Shown one piece after another: positions 1 through 10,386 of a stretch of 64,000 nt of DNA (position 1 is the stretch's first letter; each line of letters opens with the position of its first letter). Source of the stretch: an uncultured Chloroflexia bacterium (GTDB taxonomy: Bacteria > Chloroflexota > Limnocylindria > Limnocylindrales > CSP1-4); the NCBI GenBank assembly GCA_963750125.1, contig CAVVPT010000016.1:102122-166121 (forward strand). Reading direction: 5' to 3'. The notes under the pieces are model-generated. The model was given only the letters and a program-made list of their open reading frames with translations. It was not told the origin of the DNA and searched no databases. The position numbers and the translations under genes are program-made.

Positions 1-973
1 CCAGGCCGCTCGGGTCGTTGAGCACCGCGAAGATCGCCACGAAGTACGACGCCATCGCGACCATCGTGACCGGCGTGGACGCGTTCGAGGCCTCCTCCAT
101 CCGCGAGGCGAGGGCGCCCAGCACGCCGAGCGCGGTCGAGTACAACGTGTAGCCGAGGCTGAACCAGAGGACGAGCTGGACTGCTGCCCCACTGGTGGTG
201 GCCGGCAGCTGGAATTCCTGGGTCAGCGACGCGGCGATCAGGCCGGCGACGACGAACACACCCAGCTGGACGAGACCCAGGATGCCGATGCCGAGCACCT
301 TGCCCATGAGCAGGTCACGCGGCAGGACGGTCGACAGGACGACCTCGACCACCCGGCTCTGCTTCTCCTCGACGACGCCGGTCAGGACCGTGAAGCCGAA
401 CGAGAACACGCCGACGAGGATCAGCACTGCCGTGATGTTGGCGATCAGGAAGCTGGCCTCCGCACCTTCCTCGGGCGGCTCGATCGCCCGGACGGTCGGC
501 GGCGCCTGCGCCTCGGCCAGCGTCGTCGGGTCGACGCCCGCTTCGCCGAGGACGTGGTTCACCCGGAGCCCCGCAACCGCGCTCGAGATGACCCCTTGGA
601 CGGTTGGGTCGGGCTCCTCGTGGAACACGACCTCGCCCGCGTTCGACAGGTCGACCGGAACGACCACGAGCGCTGCGACCTGCTTGTCTGCGAGCGCCTG
701 CGTGCCGGCGGCTCGATCGGGGAACGTCACGATCGCCACGTCCTGGTCGAGCAGGCCGGCGGTCGTCCGGATCGCCGCGGCGAGTCCTTCGGGCGCCGGT
801 TCGACGACCCCGATCTGGGTTGGCCCCTCGTCGCCGATGATCACGGCCGGAACCACGAACGAGCCGATGATGATCGTCGTCGTGAACAGGACCGAGAAGA
901 TGAATCCCCGGCTGCGGCCGCGCTCGAACAGCTCGCGGCGGGCGACGAGCCAGATGCTGCGGGCGCGGCTCAT
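1..973 (-). CDS. ABC-2 type transporter permease (NatB-like), 3' end cut by window edge
   Basis: The minus-strand frame is open from the window edge to the ATG at 973-971. My translation starts MSRARSIWLVARRELFERGRSRGFIFSVLFTTTIIIGSFVV, followed by a long loop and several hydrophobic helices (GKVLGIGILGLVQLGVFVVAGLIAA). An ATGA start/stop overlap links it to the upstream ATPase. It is absent from the ORF track because it has no stop inside the window. Confidence 0.85.
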   Translation of the reverse strand, partial: MSRARSIWLVARRELFERGRSRGFIFSVLFTTTIIIGSFVVPAVIIGDEGPTQIGVVEPAPEGLAAAIRTTAGLLDQDVAIVTFPDRAAGTQALADKQVAALVVVPVDLSNAGEVVFHEEPDPTVQGVISSAVAGLRVNHVLGEAGVDPTTLAEAQAPPTVRAIEPPEEGAEASFLIANITAVLILVGVFSFGFTVLTGVVEEKQSRVVEVVLSTVLPRDLLMGKVLGIGILGLVQLGVFVVAGLIAASLTQEFQLPATTSGAAVQLVLWFSLGYTLYSTALGVLGALASRMEEASNASTPVTMVAMASYFVAIFAVLNDPSGL

Positions 974-1923
974 CGAGCCGTCTCCACCGGCTCGGGGCGC
1001 GGGTCGGGACTGACGCCGTCATTTCCTGACTCCGCCACGGCCTCCATGAACAGCTCCGACAGGCGCGGTGGCTGGTAGCTGAACTGGCGCAGCTCGCCGG
1101 CGGTACGGGCGGCGGCCAGGAGTTCGTCGAGCGGAACCCGGTCGTCGACGAGCAACTTCATCCGGCCTCCGCTGTGCTCGAGGACCTGGACGTCCGGCCG
1201 GCTGCCGATCCACGCGCCATCGGTGCCTGCCACCTCAATATCGAGATGTCGCCGGCCCGAGGCAGCCTTGAGCTCGTCGATCGGGCCCGAAGCGACGATC
1301 CGGCCGCGGGCAATGATCACGACGTCCTCGCAGACGTCCTCGACGAGGTCCAGCTGGTGGCTCGAGAAGAGCACCCCGACGCCCGACGCCGCGCGTTCGC
1401 GGACGACCTCGGTCATGGTCGCGGTGCCGAGCGGGTCGAGTCCGGAGAACGGCTCGTCCAGGACGAGCAGCTCCGGGTCGTGGACGAGCGCGGTGGCCAG
1501 CTGGATGCGCTGCTGATTGCCGTGCGACAGCTCCTCGAGCTTCGACTTCTCGCGATCGGCGAGGCCGAGCCGTTCGAGCCACCTCCGGGACGCCGCGTCG
1601 GCCGCCTTGCCCGACATGCCGTGCTGCTGGCCGAAATAGCGGAGCTGCTCGCCGACACGCATCCGCGGGTACAGTCCGCGCTGCTCGGGCATGTACCCGA
1701 AGCGCAGTCGCGTGACGCGGTCGACCGACTGGCCTCCCCATCGAACCTCGCCGGAATCGGCCCTGGCCAGACCGAAGATGCAGCGCATCGTGGTCGTCTT
1801 GCCGGCGCCATTCGGTCCCAGGAAGCCGACGATACGGCCGGGACGTGCGGTGAACGTGGCGCCGTCGAGCGCGACGACGTTCCCGTAGCGTTTGGCGAGG
1901 TCGATGATCTCGAGCATGGGCAA
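970..1923 (-). CDS. ABC transporter ATP-binding protein (ABC-2 subfamily, DUF4162-like C-terminus)
   Basis: 317-aa ORF with Walker A GPNGAGKTT, signature LSHGNQQR and Walker B LLVLDEP. It is translationally coupled to the permease. Confidence 0.95.
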   Translation of the reverse strand: MPMLEIIDLAKRYGNVVALDGATFTARPGRIVGFLGPNGAGKTTTMRCIFGLARADSGEVRWGGQSVDRVTRLRFGYMPEQRGLYPRMRVGEQLRYFGQQHGMSGKAADAASRRWLERLGLADREKSKLEELSHGNQQRIQLATALVHDPELLVLDEPFSGLDPLGTATMTEVVRERAASGVGVLFSSHQLDLVEDVCEDVVIIARGRIVASGPIDELKAASGRRHLDIEVAGTDGAWIGSRPDVQVLEHSGGRMKLLVDDRVPLDELLAAARTAGELRQFSYQPPRLSELFMEAVAESGNDGVSPDPRPEPVETAR

Positions 1924-1999
1924 TCAACTCCCCGGGGTCGTACGGATCCATGATCGCCGCATCGCGCCGGGAGCGCACGAAGCCGTGCTGGAATCGAAC

Positions 2000-2027
2000 G
2001 ACCCCGGCCCTTGGGAGGACCGGGGTC
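2000..2027 (-). terminator. GC-rich hairpin downstream of the cupredoxin gene
   Basis: Inverted repeat GACCCCGG-N12-CCGGGGTC about 21 nt after the stop at 2049. There is no clear U-tract, so it may be a factor-dependent terminator or only a stabilising hairpin. Confidence 0.35.
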
Positions 2028-2048
2028 GTATCGGTGTGTGATGGTGGG

Positions 2049-2426
2049 CTACCCGGCGGTGACCGTGCCCTTCATGTCCGGATGGATCGCGCAGATGAAT
2101 GGATAGGAACCTGCGGCGAGAGCCGGCACCTGGTAGGTCACCTTCTGGCTCGAGACGATCTCGCCCTCGAAGACCTTGGTCCCCGCGGTATCGGAGATCA
2201 CCATGTTGTGCGGCACGCCCTCCTGGTTGTCGAAGACGATCTCGAACGGAGCGTCGGCGGGAGCAGTGACCTCGGTCGGTGAGAACTTGAGGTCCTTCGC
2301 CGTGACGACGATGGCGTTCGGGTCGACCGAGCCGGCCGGGGCGGCCGTGCCCGCCGAGGACCCGGAGCACGCGGCGAGCACCGCGGCCAGGGCCCCCAGC
2401 CCGAGGATGAGGGTCAGTCGCTTCAT
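2049..2426 (-). CDS. cupredoxin (plastocyanin/amicyanin-like) copper-binding lipoprotein
   Basis: 125 aa with a signal peptide and lipobox LAAC. Type-1 copper ligand pattern: His in GVPHNMV, then C-x2-H-x2-M in FICAIHPDM. Confidence 0.85.
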   Translation of the reverse strand: MKRLTLILGLGALAAVLAACSGSSAGTAAPAGSVDPNAIVVTAKDLKFSPTEVTAPADAPFEIVFDNQEGVPHNMVISDTAGTKVFEGEIVSSQKVTYQVPALAAGSYPFICAIHPDMKGTVTAG

Positions 2427-2466
2427 GTAGATGGATACTCCTTGACGTGACGGTGCTTGCGCGCTG

Positions 2467-2892
2467 CTAGGCGGCGGCGCCGGCCTGGCGGCGGCTGGAC
2501 ACGAGCGCGACGAACGAGGCCAGCTCGCGGCGGATCAGAGTAACCGGGTTGCCGTCCATGCGTGCGAAGTCGATCGCGACGAGGACGATCAACGCGACCT
2601 CGATGCCCTTGGCCAGGTACGCGGTGGAGTAGTACGGGCCCTGGATCGCCCAGCCGATGATGGTCGTGGCCGCGTAGCCCATGAGGCCGAGGCGGATGAC
2701 CCAGCGGAAGCGAACGGCGAGGGCGAGCGGAACGACCATTGCGATGGCGGCGACGACGTAGCCGATCGCGTTCAGCGTGAACAGCAGGCCGCCCAGCGTC
2801 GAATGGATGTAGCCGGTCGCGAGGGCGAGGCCGACGATGCCTGCGCGGATGACGACGTCCGAGGTGCGAAGGGTGGTGGGACGGGCGAACAT
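2467..2892 (-). CDS. small integral membrane protein (4 predicted helices), unknown function
   Basis: Internal ATG at 2892 of the 230-aa ORF, with GGAGG about 11 nt upstream. The product MFARPTT... is 141 aa and strongly hydrophobic. The upstream part of the long ORF is Arg/Pro-rich and not protein-like. Confidence 0.7.
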   Translation of the reverse strand: MFARPTTLRTSDVVIRAGIVGLALATGYIHSTLGGLLFTLNAIGYVVAAIAMVVPLALAVRFRWVIRLGLMGYAATTIIGWAIQGPYYSTAYLAKGIEVALIVLVAIDFARMDGNPVTLIRRELASFVALVSSRRQAGAAA

Positions 2893-3130
2893 CTGAGACG
2901 AAACCTCCAGAAGGATGACCGCTGTGGGTTGCGCCGATCGGTGTCGGCGTCCTGACGGCATGTTCGAGGCGCGCACCCCACCGCCGCTCCCGGCAAGGGT
3001 CGTCGCCGATAACGCGACGAGTGCTCGCAACCCGGTCGGACGCCCGGCCATGCCGACGTTGGACGGATGACGTAGTGAGCGCGGCTGGACGGCGGTCCCC
3101 GATCCGGGCGATGCGTCGTATCCTCCGCAC

Positions 3131-6100
3131 GTGCCAGCCCGGAAGCGCGCATCCGTCACCTCGTCACCCGCTGCCGCCGAAAGGGCCGAACCGGCCAGGC
3201 CGGTCGCCCCGGTCGCGCCGGTCGCGCCGGACGCTGGTCTGAACGGCGTGCCGGAGTCTCCGGCGGTGTCCGCCTACGGACCCGCCGTCGACGCCCTGCT
3301 CGTGGGCGCGGTGGACGAGGCAGCCCGCCTCCTCGACGCGGACGGCGCGATGGTCTACCTGCTCGACCCCGACACCGATGTCCTGCGCTTCGCGTTCGAC
3401 GCCGGCATCCGGAGCGCGCGAAGCCGCCGCTGGGTCCGCCGGATCGAGCTGCCGATCGGAACGGGGATGTTCGGCCGGGCGGTGGCCGATCGTGCGGTGG
3501 TCAAGACCGATGACTACGCGAACGATGCGGCCTTCCCGCACTCGCCCGACGCGGACAGGGTCGTCGAGGACGTCGGGATCCGCTCGATGGTCGTCGCCCC
3601 GATGGTCAGCGGCGACGAGGTGTTCGGCGCACTCGGCACGTTCTCCACCCGGACCGGAGCGTTCGACCCCGCCCAGATCGCGCTCGTCCGCTCGCTCGCC
3701 CAGCACGCGGCCGCGGCCATGGCAAATGCCCGGCTCATCGAAGATCTCGATCGGTCGCGACGGGAGCTGTCCAGGCGCGCCGAGATCGAGCGCAGCCTGC
3801 GCGAGATCGCGGGACGGATCAGCAGTGCCTCCGATCTCGATTCGGTCCTCCAGCGAACCGTCGACGAGGCGACCCGGCTGATCCACGCCGACGGCGCGAT
3901 CCTCGACGTCCTCGACACCGAGTCGGACGTCCTGCGCTGGGCCTTCGACTCGGGCCTGTCGCTGCTCTTCTCCGCCGAGGAGCGCGCCGACCTGTGGATC
4001 GAGCTCGGCGTTGGGGCAACCGGTCGCGCGCTGGCCGAGAACCGGGTGATCGTGGCGGGCGACAACCTCGTCGCCGAGTTCCCGAAGTCGTCGCAGTCCG
4101 ACCTCTTCTTCGGCCGGACCGGGTTCCGCTCGATGATCGCCGCGCCGATCGCGGGCGACGCCGGCCGGCTCGGCGTCCTCGAGGTGTACTCGCGTCGCCC
4201 GAACGCCTTCGACACCGAGGACGGTCAGCTCATCCAGGCCCTGGCCAGCCACGCGGCGATCGCCATCACCAACGCGCGCCTCATCGAGGAGCTCGCCCGT
4301 TCGCGGGGCGAACAGGCCCGCACGGCGGGATCCGAACGGGCACTGCGCGAGATCGCCGCACGGATGACCGCCATGCGCGACCAGGACGAGATCCTCAAGG
4401 TGATCAACGAGGAGGCCGCGCGCCTCCTCGGCGGCAGCGGCGCGATGATCAACCTGACCGGCGTCTCGAGCACGCTGAGCGACACCTGGACGCATCTGCC
4501 GGGCCGCGGCCGCATCCGCGACCGGGTCCAGCTGCTCGAGGAGGTCGGGCTCGAGGAGGACGCGGGCGTGTCGGGCCTCTCGCTGCGGAGCCGCCAGGTC
4601 GAGTGGACCGCCGACTATCTCGACGATGAGCGCTTCGCCCACACGCCGGAACGCGACTCCTTCGTCCGTGCCACGGGCGTCCGCTCGGTCATCTCGGCGC
4701 CGCTCGTGCGCGACGACGAGGTCCTCGGCGTGCTGACCGTGTACGGCGACACCCCGGGTGCGTTCGGCGCAGAGGACGCGACCATGCTTGGCGCGCTGGC
4801 CGACCAGGGCGCGGTGACGATCATGAACGCGCGCCTGATCGAGGAGCTCGAGCGCTCGCGCGAAGAGGTCGCGCGGCGCGCCGACTCGGAGCGGACGCTG
4901 CGCGAGATCAACGCGCGCGTGTCCGCGATCCTCGATCCCGGCGAGGTGCTCCAGCGGATCGTCGACGAGGCGGCGCGCCTCCTCGAGTCCGACGGCGCGC
5001 GCATCGACCTGTACGACGACGAGCAGGGCGTCCTGCGCTGGGGCTTCTCGACCGGCGAGGCGATGAAGGACATCCCGGAATGGGCGCTCACGAGCGGCCT
5101 GAAGCCGCGCCAGGGCGTGGCAGGGCTTGCGTTCGCCGAGCAGCGGCCGCTCATCACGGCCGACTACACGACCGACGACCGCTTCGAGACGACAGACGGG
5201 ATCACCGGATTCGTCCAGAAGGCGGGCATCCGCGCGGTCCTCGCTGCGCCGCTGCCCGGCGACGACGGACCGATCGGCGTGATCTCGGTCGTCTCGCGGA
5301 CGCCCGACGTCTATCGCGAGGTCGACGCCGAGCTGCTCACCGGGTTGGCGACGCCAGGCTTCGATCGCGCTCGTCAACGCGCGCCTGCTCAAGGAGCTCG
5401 AGGGCTCCCAGGCGGTCATCGAACGGCGTGCCGCGCACGAGCAGGCGCTGCGCGAGATCGCCACGCGGATCACGGCGATCCGCGAGCCCGGCGACCTCCT
5501 CCAGCACGTGGTCGCGGAATCGGCCCGCCTGCTGCGCGCCGACGGGGCGCTGCTCGAGCTGTACGACCCCACCGATCGGACGCTGCATTGGGCGTACGAC
5601 GCGGGCCTGCCCGAGAAGCAGCGACGTGGGGTGCAGGACACGTACGGCAAGCTCGGCGAGGGCGTGTCGGGCAAGGCCATCTCGGAGCTCCGTGTGATCG
5701 TGATCGACGATTACCTCACGTCCGACGCGTTCGTCCACACGCCGGAATCCGACCAGCTCGCCAAGGCCAGCAGCATCCGTTCGCTGATCGCGGCCCCGAT
5801 CGTCGGCGAGGACGGCCCGCTCGGCACGATCGAGGTCTTCCGAACCAAGGCCGCCCAGTTCGACGAGATCGATGCGGCGGTCCTTGGCGGCCTCGCCGAC
5901 CAGGCGGCGGTGGCGATGACCAACGCCCGCCTGATCGCCGAGCTGGCCCGTTCGCGGGCCGAGATCGAGCACCGCGCCGAGCGCGAGCGATCGCTCCGCG
6001 ATATCGCCGCGCGGATCACGTCGCTGCGCGACCCGGGCGAGGTTCTCGAGCAGGTCGTCGAGGAGACCAGGCGCCTGCTCGCCTCCGACGGCGCCCATCT

Positions 6101-8315
6101 CACGCGGCTCGACGACGAAGGTGCCAACCTGATCCCAGTCGTGGTCGCCGGTGCCGACCGGCGCATGGCGAACTGGATCAAGACGCAGCGCTTCCCGATG
6201 GGGGAGGGGATCAATGGCCTCGCCGCCCGCGACGGCACCCCGGTCTCCACCTCCGACTACCTGACCGACAAGCGGATCCCGCTCGAACAGGACGACATCA
6301 CCACGGCCAACCGGCTCGGGCTGCGGGGCATGGCGGCCGCCCCGCTCCGCTCGCCAGGGGAAGGCGTGATCGGGACGTTGGCGATCTCGTACCGCAAGCC
6401 ACGGTCCTTCGAGCCCGAGGATCTCGACGTGCTCCAGGCGCTGGCCGACCAGGCTGCAATCACGATCGCCAACTCGAACCTCGTCGAGCGCCTGACGGAC
6501 TCCGAGCGGCGCTACCGCCACCTCGTCCAGAACTCGCCCGACATGATCTGGTCGATCGGGCCGGACGCCACGTTCTCGTTCGTCTCGGACACCTCCGAAC
6601 GGCTGGTCGGCTGGCGGCCCGACGAGTTGCTGGGACGGCACTTCGGCGCGCTCGTCCACCCGTCCTCGCAGGAGGTCGCTGACATCGACTGGGTGAAGAG
6701 CTTCTCGAGCGGCACGCAGGAGGTCCGCGGCCGGGTCAACCTGCTGCGCCGCGACGGGAGCCCACTCCCGGCCGAGTTCACGGCCATGGCCACGGTCGAC
6801 GCGGATGGCACGTTCGTGGGCGTGAATGGCTCGGTCCGCGACATGACCGAGACCGACCGGCTCGAGCGAGAGCTGCGCGAGTCGGAGAATCGCTATCGCG
6901 ACCTGGCCTCGTCATCGCCGGACATGGTCTTCGCGACGGATCCGCAGGGCGTCTACACCTTCGTCAGCGACGCGGCTACGTCGATCCTCGGCTGGGACCT
7001 CGAGGCGGCCATCGGACGCTCGTTCATCGAGTATGTGCCGGAGCACGCGCTGCCAATTGCCGCGGCGAGCTTCGCCGCGCTGACCGCGGACCCCACCGAG
7101 GTCCAGCACTCGCGCATTCCGTTCCGTCACACCGACGGCCGCGAGATCCCGCTCGAGATCAACGTGATCGGAAACCTCGACGATGGGAAGCTCGTCGGCA
7201 TCCACGGGGTCGCCCGGGACGTGTCGGACCGCGAACGACTCGAGCGTGAGCTCCAGGAATCCGAAGCGCGCCTCCGGCAGATCGTCCAGACGACGCCGGA
7301 CGTGATCTGGCGAGTCGACGCGGACGGGCAATTCACGTTCGTTGCCGATCGGGCCGTCGAGCTGTTCGGGTGGAGGGCCGACGAGCTCGTTGGCAAGCAC
7401 TTCAGCTTCGTCATCCTCGAGGAATCGATGCCCGACGCGGGGGTCAACTGGGAGCGGCTCGTCAGCGAGCCAGACCTCATCCAGCACGTCCAGTACCTGC
7501 TTCGCCGGCGCGACGGAACGACGTTCCGCGCCGAGGTCACGGCGATCGGGCTCACCGAGGACGGCCGCTTCGTCGGCGGGCAGGGCACGGTCCGCGACAT
7601 CAGCGAGCGCGAGCGCCTCGAGCGGGAGCTGCGCCGCCAGGCCGGAGAGCTGGCATCGAGCGAGGAGCGCGCCCACCTGGCCCGGGAGCTGCACGACTCC
7701 GTCACCCAGGCGCTGTTCTCGATGACGCTCGTGGCACGCAGCGTGGAGTTGTTGCTCGACCGCGACCCGGACGCCGCGCGTACGCAGCTGGCGCAGCTGC
7801 GCGACCTCCAGCGCGAAGCGCTCGCCGAAATGCGCGCCCTGATCTTCGAGCTGCGCCCCGGCAACGTCGAGCAGGACGGGCTCGACCGGGCGCTGCGCAC
7901 CCACAGCGCGGCGCTCCAGGGCCGCATCGGGCTGCCGATCGTGGTCGAGAGCGAGTTGCACGACCGGTTGCCGCTGGAGATCGAGGAGACGCTCTACCGG
8001 ATCTCGCAGGAGGCACTGCACAACGTCGTGAAGCACGCCGCGGCGCGACAGGTCCGGCTCGAGATCGGGCGCATGCCGCAGGGCGTGCGGCTGCGGATCG
8101 AGGACGACGGCAAGGGGTTCGACCCAGACGCGGTTCCCGACGGCCACCTGGGCATTGCCGGCATGCGCGCCCGCGCGGCCAAGATCGGGGCACAGCTCGA
8201 CTGCCGGAGCCAGCCAGGCCGCGGCACGACGATCGAGGTCATCGTGTCCAACGAGGTCATCGAGCGCTTCCCTGCCTCGAGCCTGCCCACCGCCCCGACA
8301 CCGAGCGTGCGCTGA
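3131..8315 (+). CDS. soluble multi-sensor histidine kinase, 6 GAF + 3 PAS + HisKA_3 + HATPase_c; frame broken once near 5351-5356 (frameshift or assembly indel)
   Basis: Two ORFs (3131-6682 in frame 2, 5508-8315 in frame 0) join into one protein of about 1727 aa. Six GAF-like units are each followed by a conserved linker N-A-R-L-I-E-x-L-x-R-S-R...ER-x-LREI. Three PAS units follow (YRHLVQNSPDMIW, YRDLASSSPDMVF, LRQIVQTTPDVIW). The H-box is ARELHDSVTQ and a G-x-G ATPase region lies near the end. No TM helices. GTG start. Confidence 0.9.
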
Positions 8316-8409
8316 ATCACGCCCCGAAGCCGCCATGGGCGGAATGACGTAGGCGGCCGCCAACTTCGGTCCATCGCGTGCAGAAGGTCGTGCCATTGAC
8401 GATGCAACG

Positions 8410-8811
8410 ATGCACGACCCGGCCCGCGATGGGCACGCGCCGATCCGTGTCCTGGTCGTCGACGCCGACGAACGGGTGAGGGAGAGCCTGGCCGGCCTGT
8501 TGTCGATCGGTGGCCACGTCCATGTCGTCGGCACGGCCGGGGATCCTGGCGCCGCGCTGGACCTGATCTCATCAACGGGACCCGATGTCGTCATGGTCGA
8601 CCCCCGCCTGCCCGACGTCGACCGCGGCCTTGGCCTGATCGGCCGGCTGCGCGACAGCGCACCCGGTGTGCGGATCCTCGTGATGAGCTGGTCGGACTCG
8701 CTGGAGGGTGGCCTCGCGACGTGCGGCGCCGATGGATTCGTGCGCAAGACGTTCCGCCCGACCGAGCTGTTCGCGGCAATCCGGGCTGCCGGCGTCTCCG
8801 TCCCGAACTGA
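8410..8811 (+). CDS. stand-alone response-regulator receiver (CheY-like) protein
   Basis: 133 aa. Has the acidic pocket VVDAD, phospho-acceptor context VVMVDPRLPD, ILVMSWS and a conserved Lys in FVRKTF. No output domain. Confidence 0.85.
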   Translation: MHDPARDGHAPIRVLVVDADERVRESLAGLLSIGGHVHVVGTAGDPGAALDLISSTGPDVVMVDPRLPDVDRGLGLIGRLRDSAPGVRILVMSWSDSLEGGLATCGADGFVRKTFRPTELFAAIRAAGVSVPN

Positions 8812-8899
8812 CCCGGCCCGCACGAGCCTTTGCTAGACTCGGCGCTGACCGTCACTCCACGCCCCAGCGCACACCGGCAGCCATGCCGCAGGAGATCTC

Positions 8900-9553
8900 G
8901 TGGACGAACCCGCCAAGATTTGCGTGCTCCTCGTCGACGACCACGCGGTGGTTCGGACGGGCCTCAAGACCTTCTTCGACCTGCAGCCGGACATCGAGGT
9001 GGTCGGCGAGGCGGCCGATGGCTCCGAGGGAGTGGCGATGGCTCGGCGACTGGAGCCGGACGTCGTCCTGATGGACCTCCTGATGCCCAACATGGATGGC
9101 ATCACCGCGATCGGGCGGATCAAGGCCGAGCGGACCGAGACCGAGATCGTGACCATGACGTCGTTCATCGAGGAGGAGAAGGTCACGTCCGCCCTCGAAG
9201 CGGGCGCCTCGGGCTACGTCCTCAAGGACGCCGAGGCCGAAGAGGTCGCCGCCGCAGTGCGCGCCGCCTACGCCGGTGAGGTCCACCTCGACCCGGCCGT
9301 CGCCCGGCTGCTCACCCAGCGGATGCGCACGAAGAAGTCGCCCGACGACGACCTCGTCGAGCCGCTCACCGACCGCGAGAAGGACGTCCTCCGCCTGCTC
9401 GGTCAGGGCATGAGCAACAAGGAGATCGGGGCGGCGCTGTTCATCACCGAGCGAACCGCACGCACGTACGTGTCGAACATCCTCGGCAAGCTCGGCCTTG
9501 CCTCACGCACGCAGGCTGCCCTGTACGCGGTGGAGCACAAGCTCACCGAGTAG
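8900..9553 (+). CDS. NarL/LuxR-family DNA-binding response regulator
   Basis: 217 aa with a receiver domain (LLVDDH, VVLMDLLMP) and a C-terminal LuxR HTH (LTDREKDVLRLLGQGMSNKEIG...RTARTYVSNILGKL). GTG start with GGAG 5 nt upstream. Confidence 0.95.
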   Translation: MDEPAKICVLLVDDHAVVRTGLKTFFDLQPDIEVVGEAADGSEGVAMARRLEPDVVLMDLLMPNMDGITAIGRIKAERTETEIVTMTSFIEEEKVTSALEAGASGYVLKDAEAEEVAAAVRAAYAGEVHLDPAVARLLTQRMRTKKSPDDDLVEPLTDREKDVLRLLGQGMSNKEIGAALFITERTARTYVSNILGKLGLASRTQAALYAVEHKLTE

Positions 9554-9566
9554 CGTCGGGATCGGG

Positions 9567-10106
9567 ATGCCTGCCAGGAAGGAAGATCGTCGCGGCCCCG
9601 TCGTCCTCGGCGTCATCCTCGTCCTCGTCGGCGCGGTCTTCCTTGCCACGAATATCAGCGGCTTCCACCTCGAGGCGGCGTGGCCGCTGTTCATCATCGT
9701 CCCGGGCCTGATCCTCCTGGCAGCGTCGTTTGCCGCCGGTGGCGAGGCGGGTGGGGGACTGGCGATCACCGGGTCGATCGTGACGACCGTCGGGCTCATC
9801 ATTGCCGTCCAGGAGGCCACCGGCCTGTATGCGACGTGGGCCTACGCATGGGCGCTGGTCGCGCCGGGGTCGGTCGGCGTAGGCATGCTGCTCTTCGGAT
9901 CGTTCACCGGCCGGCAGGACCTGTCGTCGGCCGGGATCCGGTTGGCCGTCATCGGCCTCGGGCTGTTCATCGGGTTCGCACTGTTCTTCGAGGGCGTGAT
10001 CGGGTTGTCCGGGGCCGGTGTGCCGCCGCTCGAAGGGCTTCTCCCGATCGCGCTGATCGCGCTCGGGACGATCCTCGTCGTGGGCAGCGTGGTGAGCCGC
10101 CGGTAG
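9567..10106 (+). CDS. integral membrane protein, unknown function
   Basis: Internal ATG at 9567, just after the regulator stop. The 179-aa product has about 5 hydrophobic helices. Confidence 0.7.
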   Translation: MPARKEDRRGPVVLGVILVLVGAVFLATNISGFHLEAAWPLFIIVPGLILLAASFAAGGEAGGGLAITGSIVTTVGLIIAVQEATGLYATWAYAWALVAPGSVGVGMLLFGSFTGRQDLSSAGIRLAVIGLGLFIGFALFFEGVIGLSGAGVPPLEGLLPIALIALGTILVVGSVVSRR

Positions 10107-10386
10107 CCAGGTCCTCGGCCGTTCCCTGCCGCATCCGCAGGTTCCCGTGGGGCGCCGAAGCTGGAGACGCCGAGTCGGCGTCCTGGCCGCCCGCAGATTG
10201 GCGGATAACGTTGGGCGGCGGCACTGGCGAACGAAGGTGTCAGGAGCGCGGATTTCTTGCGTGACACGACAGGATTCAGCCCGTCATCCCCAATTCTTGC
10301 GATGGCACGGCAGGAACGACGAACCGAACAATCTGCCATGCGTCACTGCCGCCGTGGGGCGAAAAACCACGACCGCCGTGCTGGTC

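Noticed and set aside
3164-5680. 838-aa minus-strand ORF antisense to the sensor kinase. Similar long antisense or off-frame ORFs occur at 6912-8855, 10719-12533, 29569-31149, 36150-37610, 49277-50983 and 15442-16857.
   Set aside because: Their translations are Arg/Pro/Gly/Asp-rich with no recognisable motifs. They mirror genes with strong domain evidence on the other strand or frame. This is the classic open-frame artefact of high-GC DNA.
10107-10386. 280-nt gap downstream of greA as an sRNA gene or intrinsic terminator (CGTGG-TTTTT-CGCC-CCACG).
   Set aside because: The stems are short (4-5 bp) and the T-run falls in the loop rather than after the stem. The evidence is insufficient.
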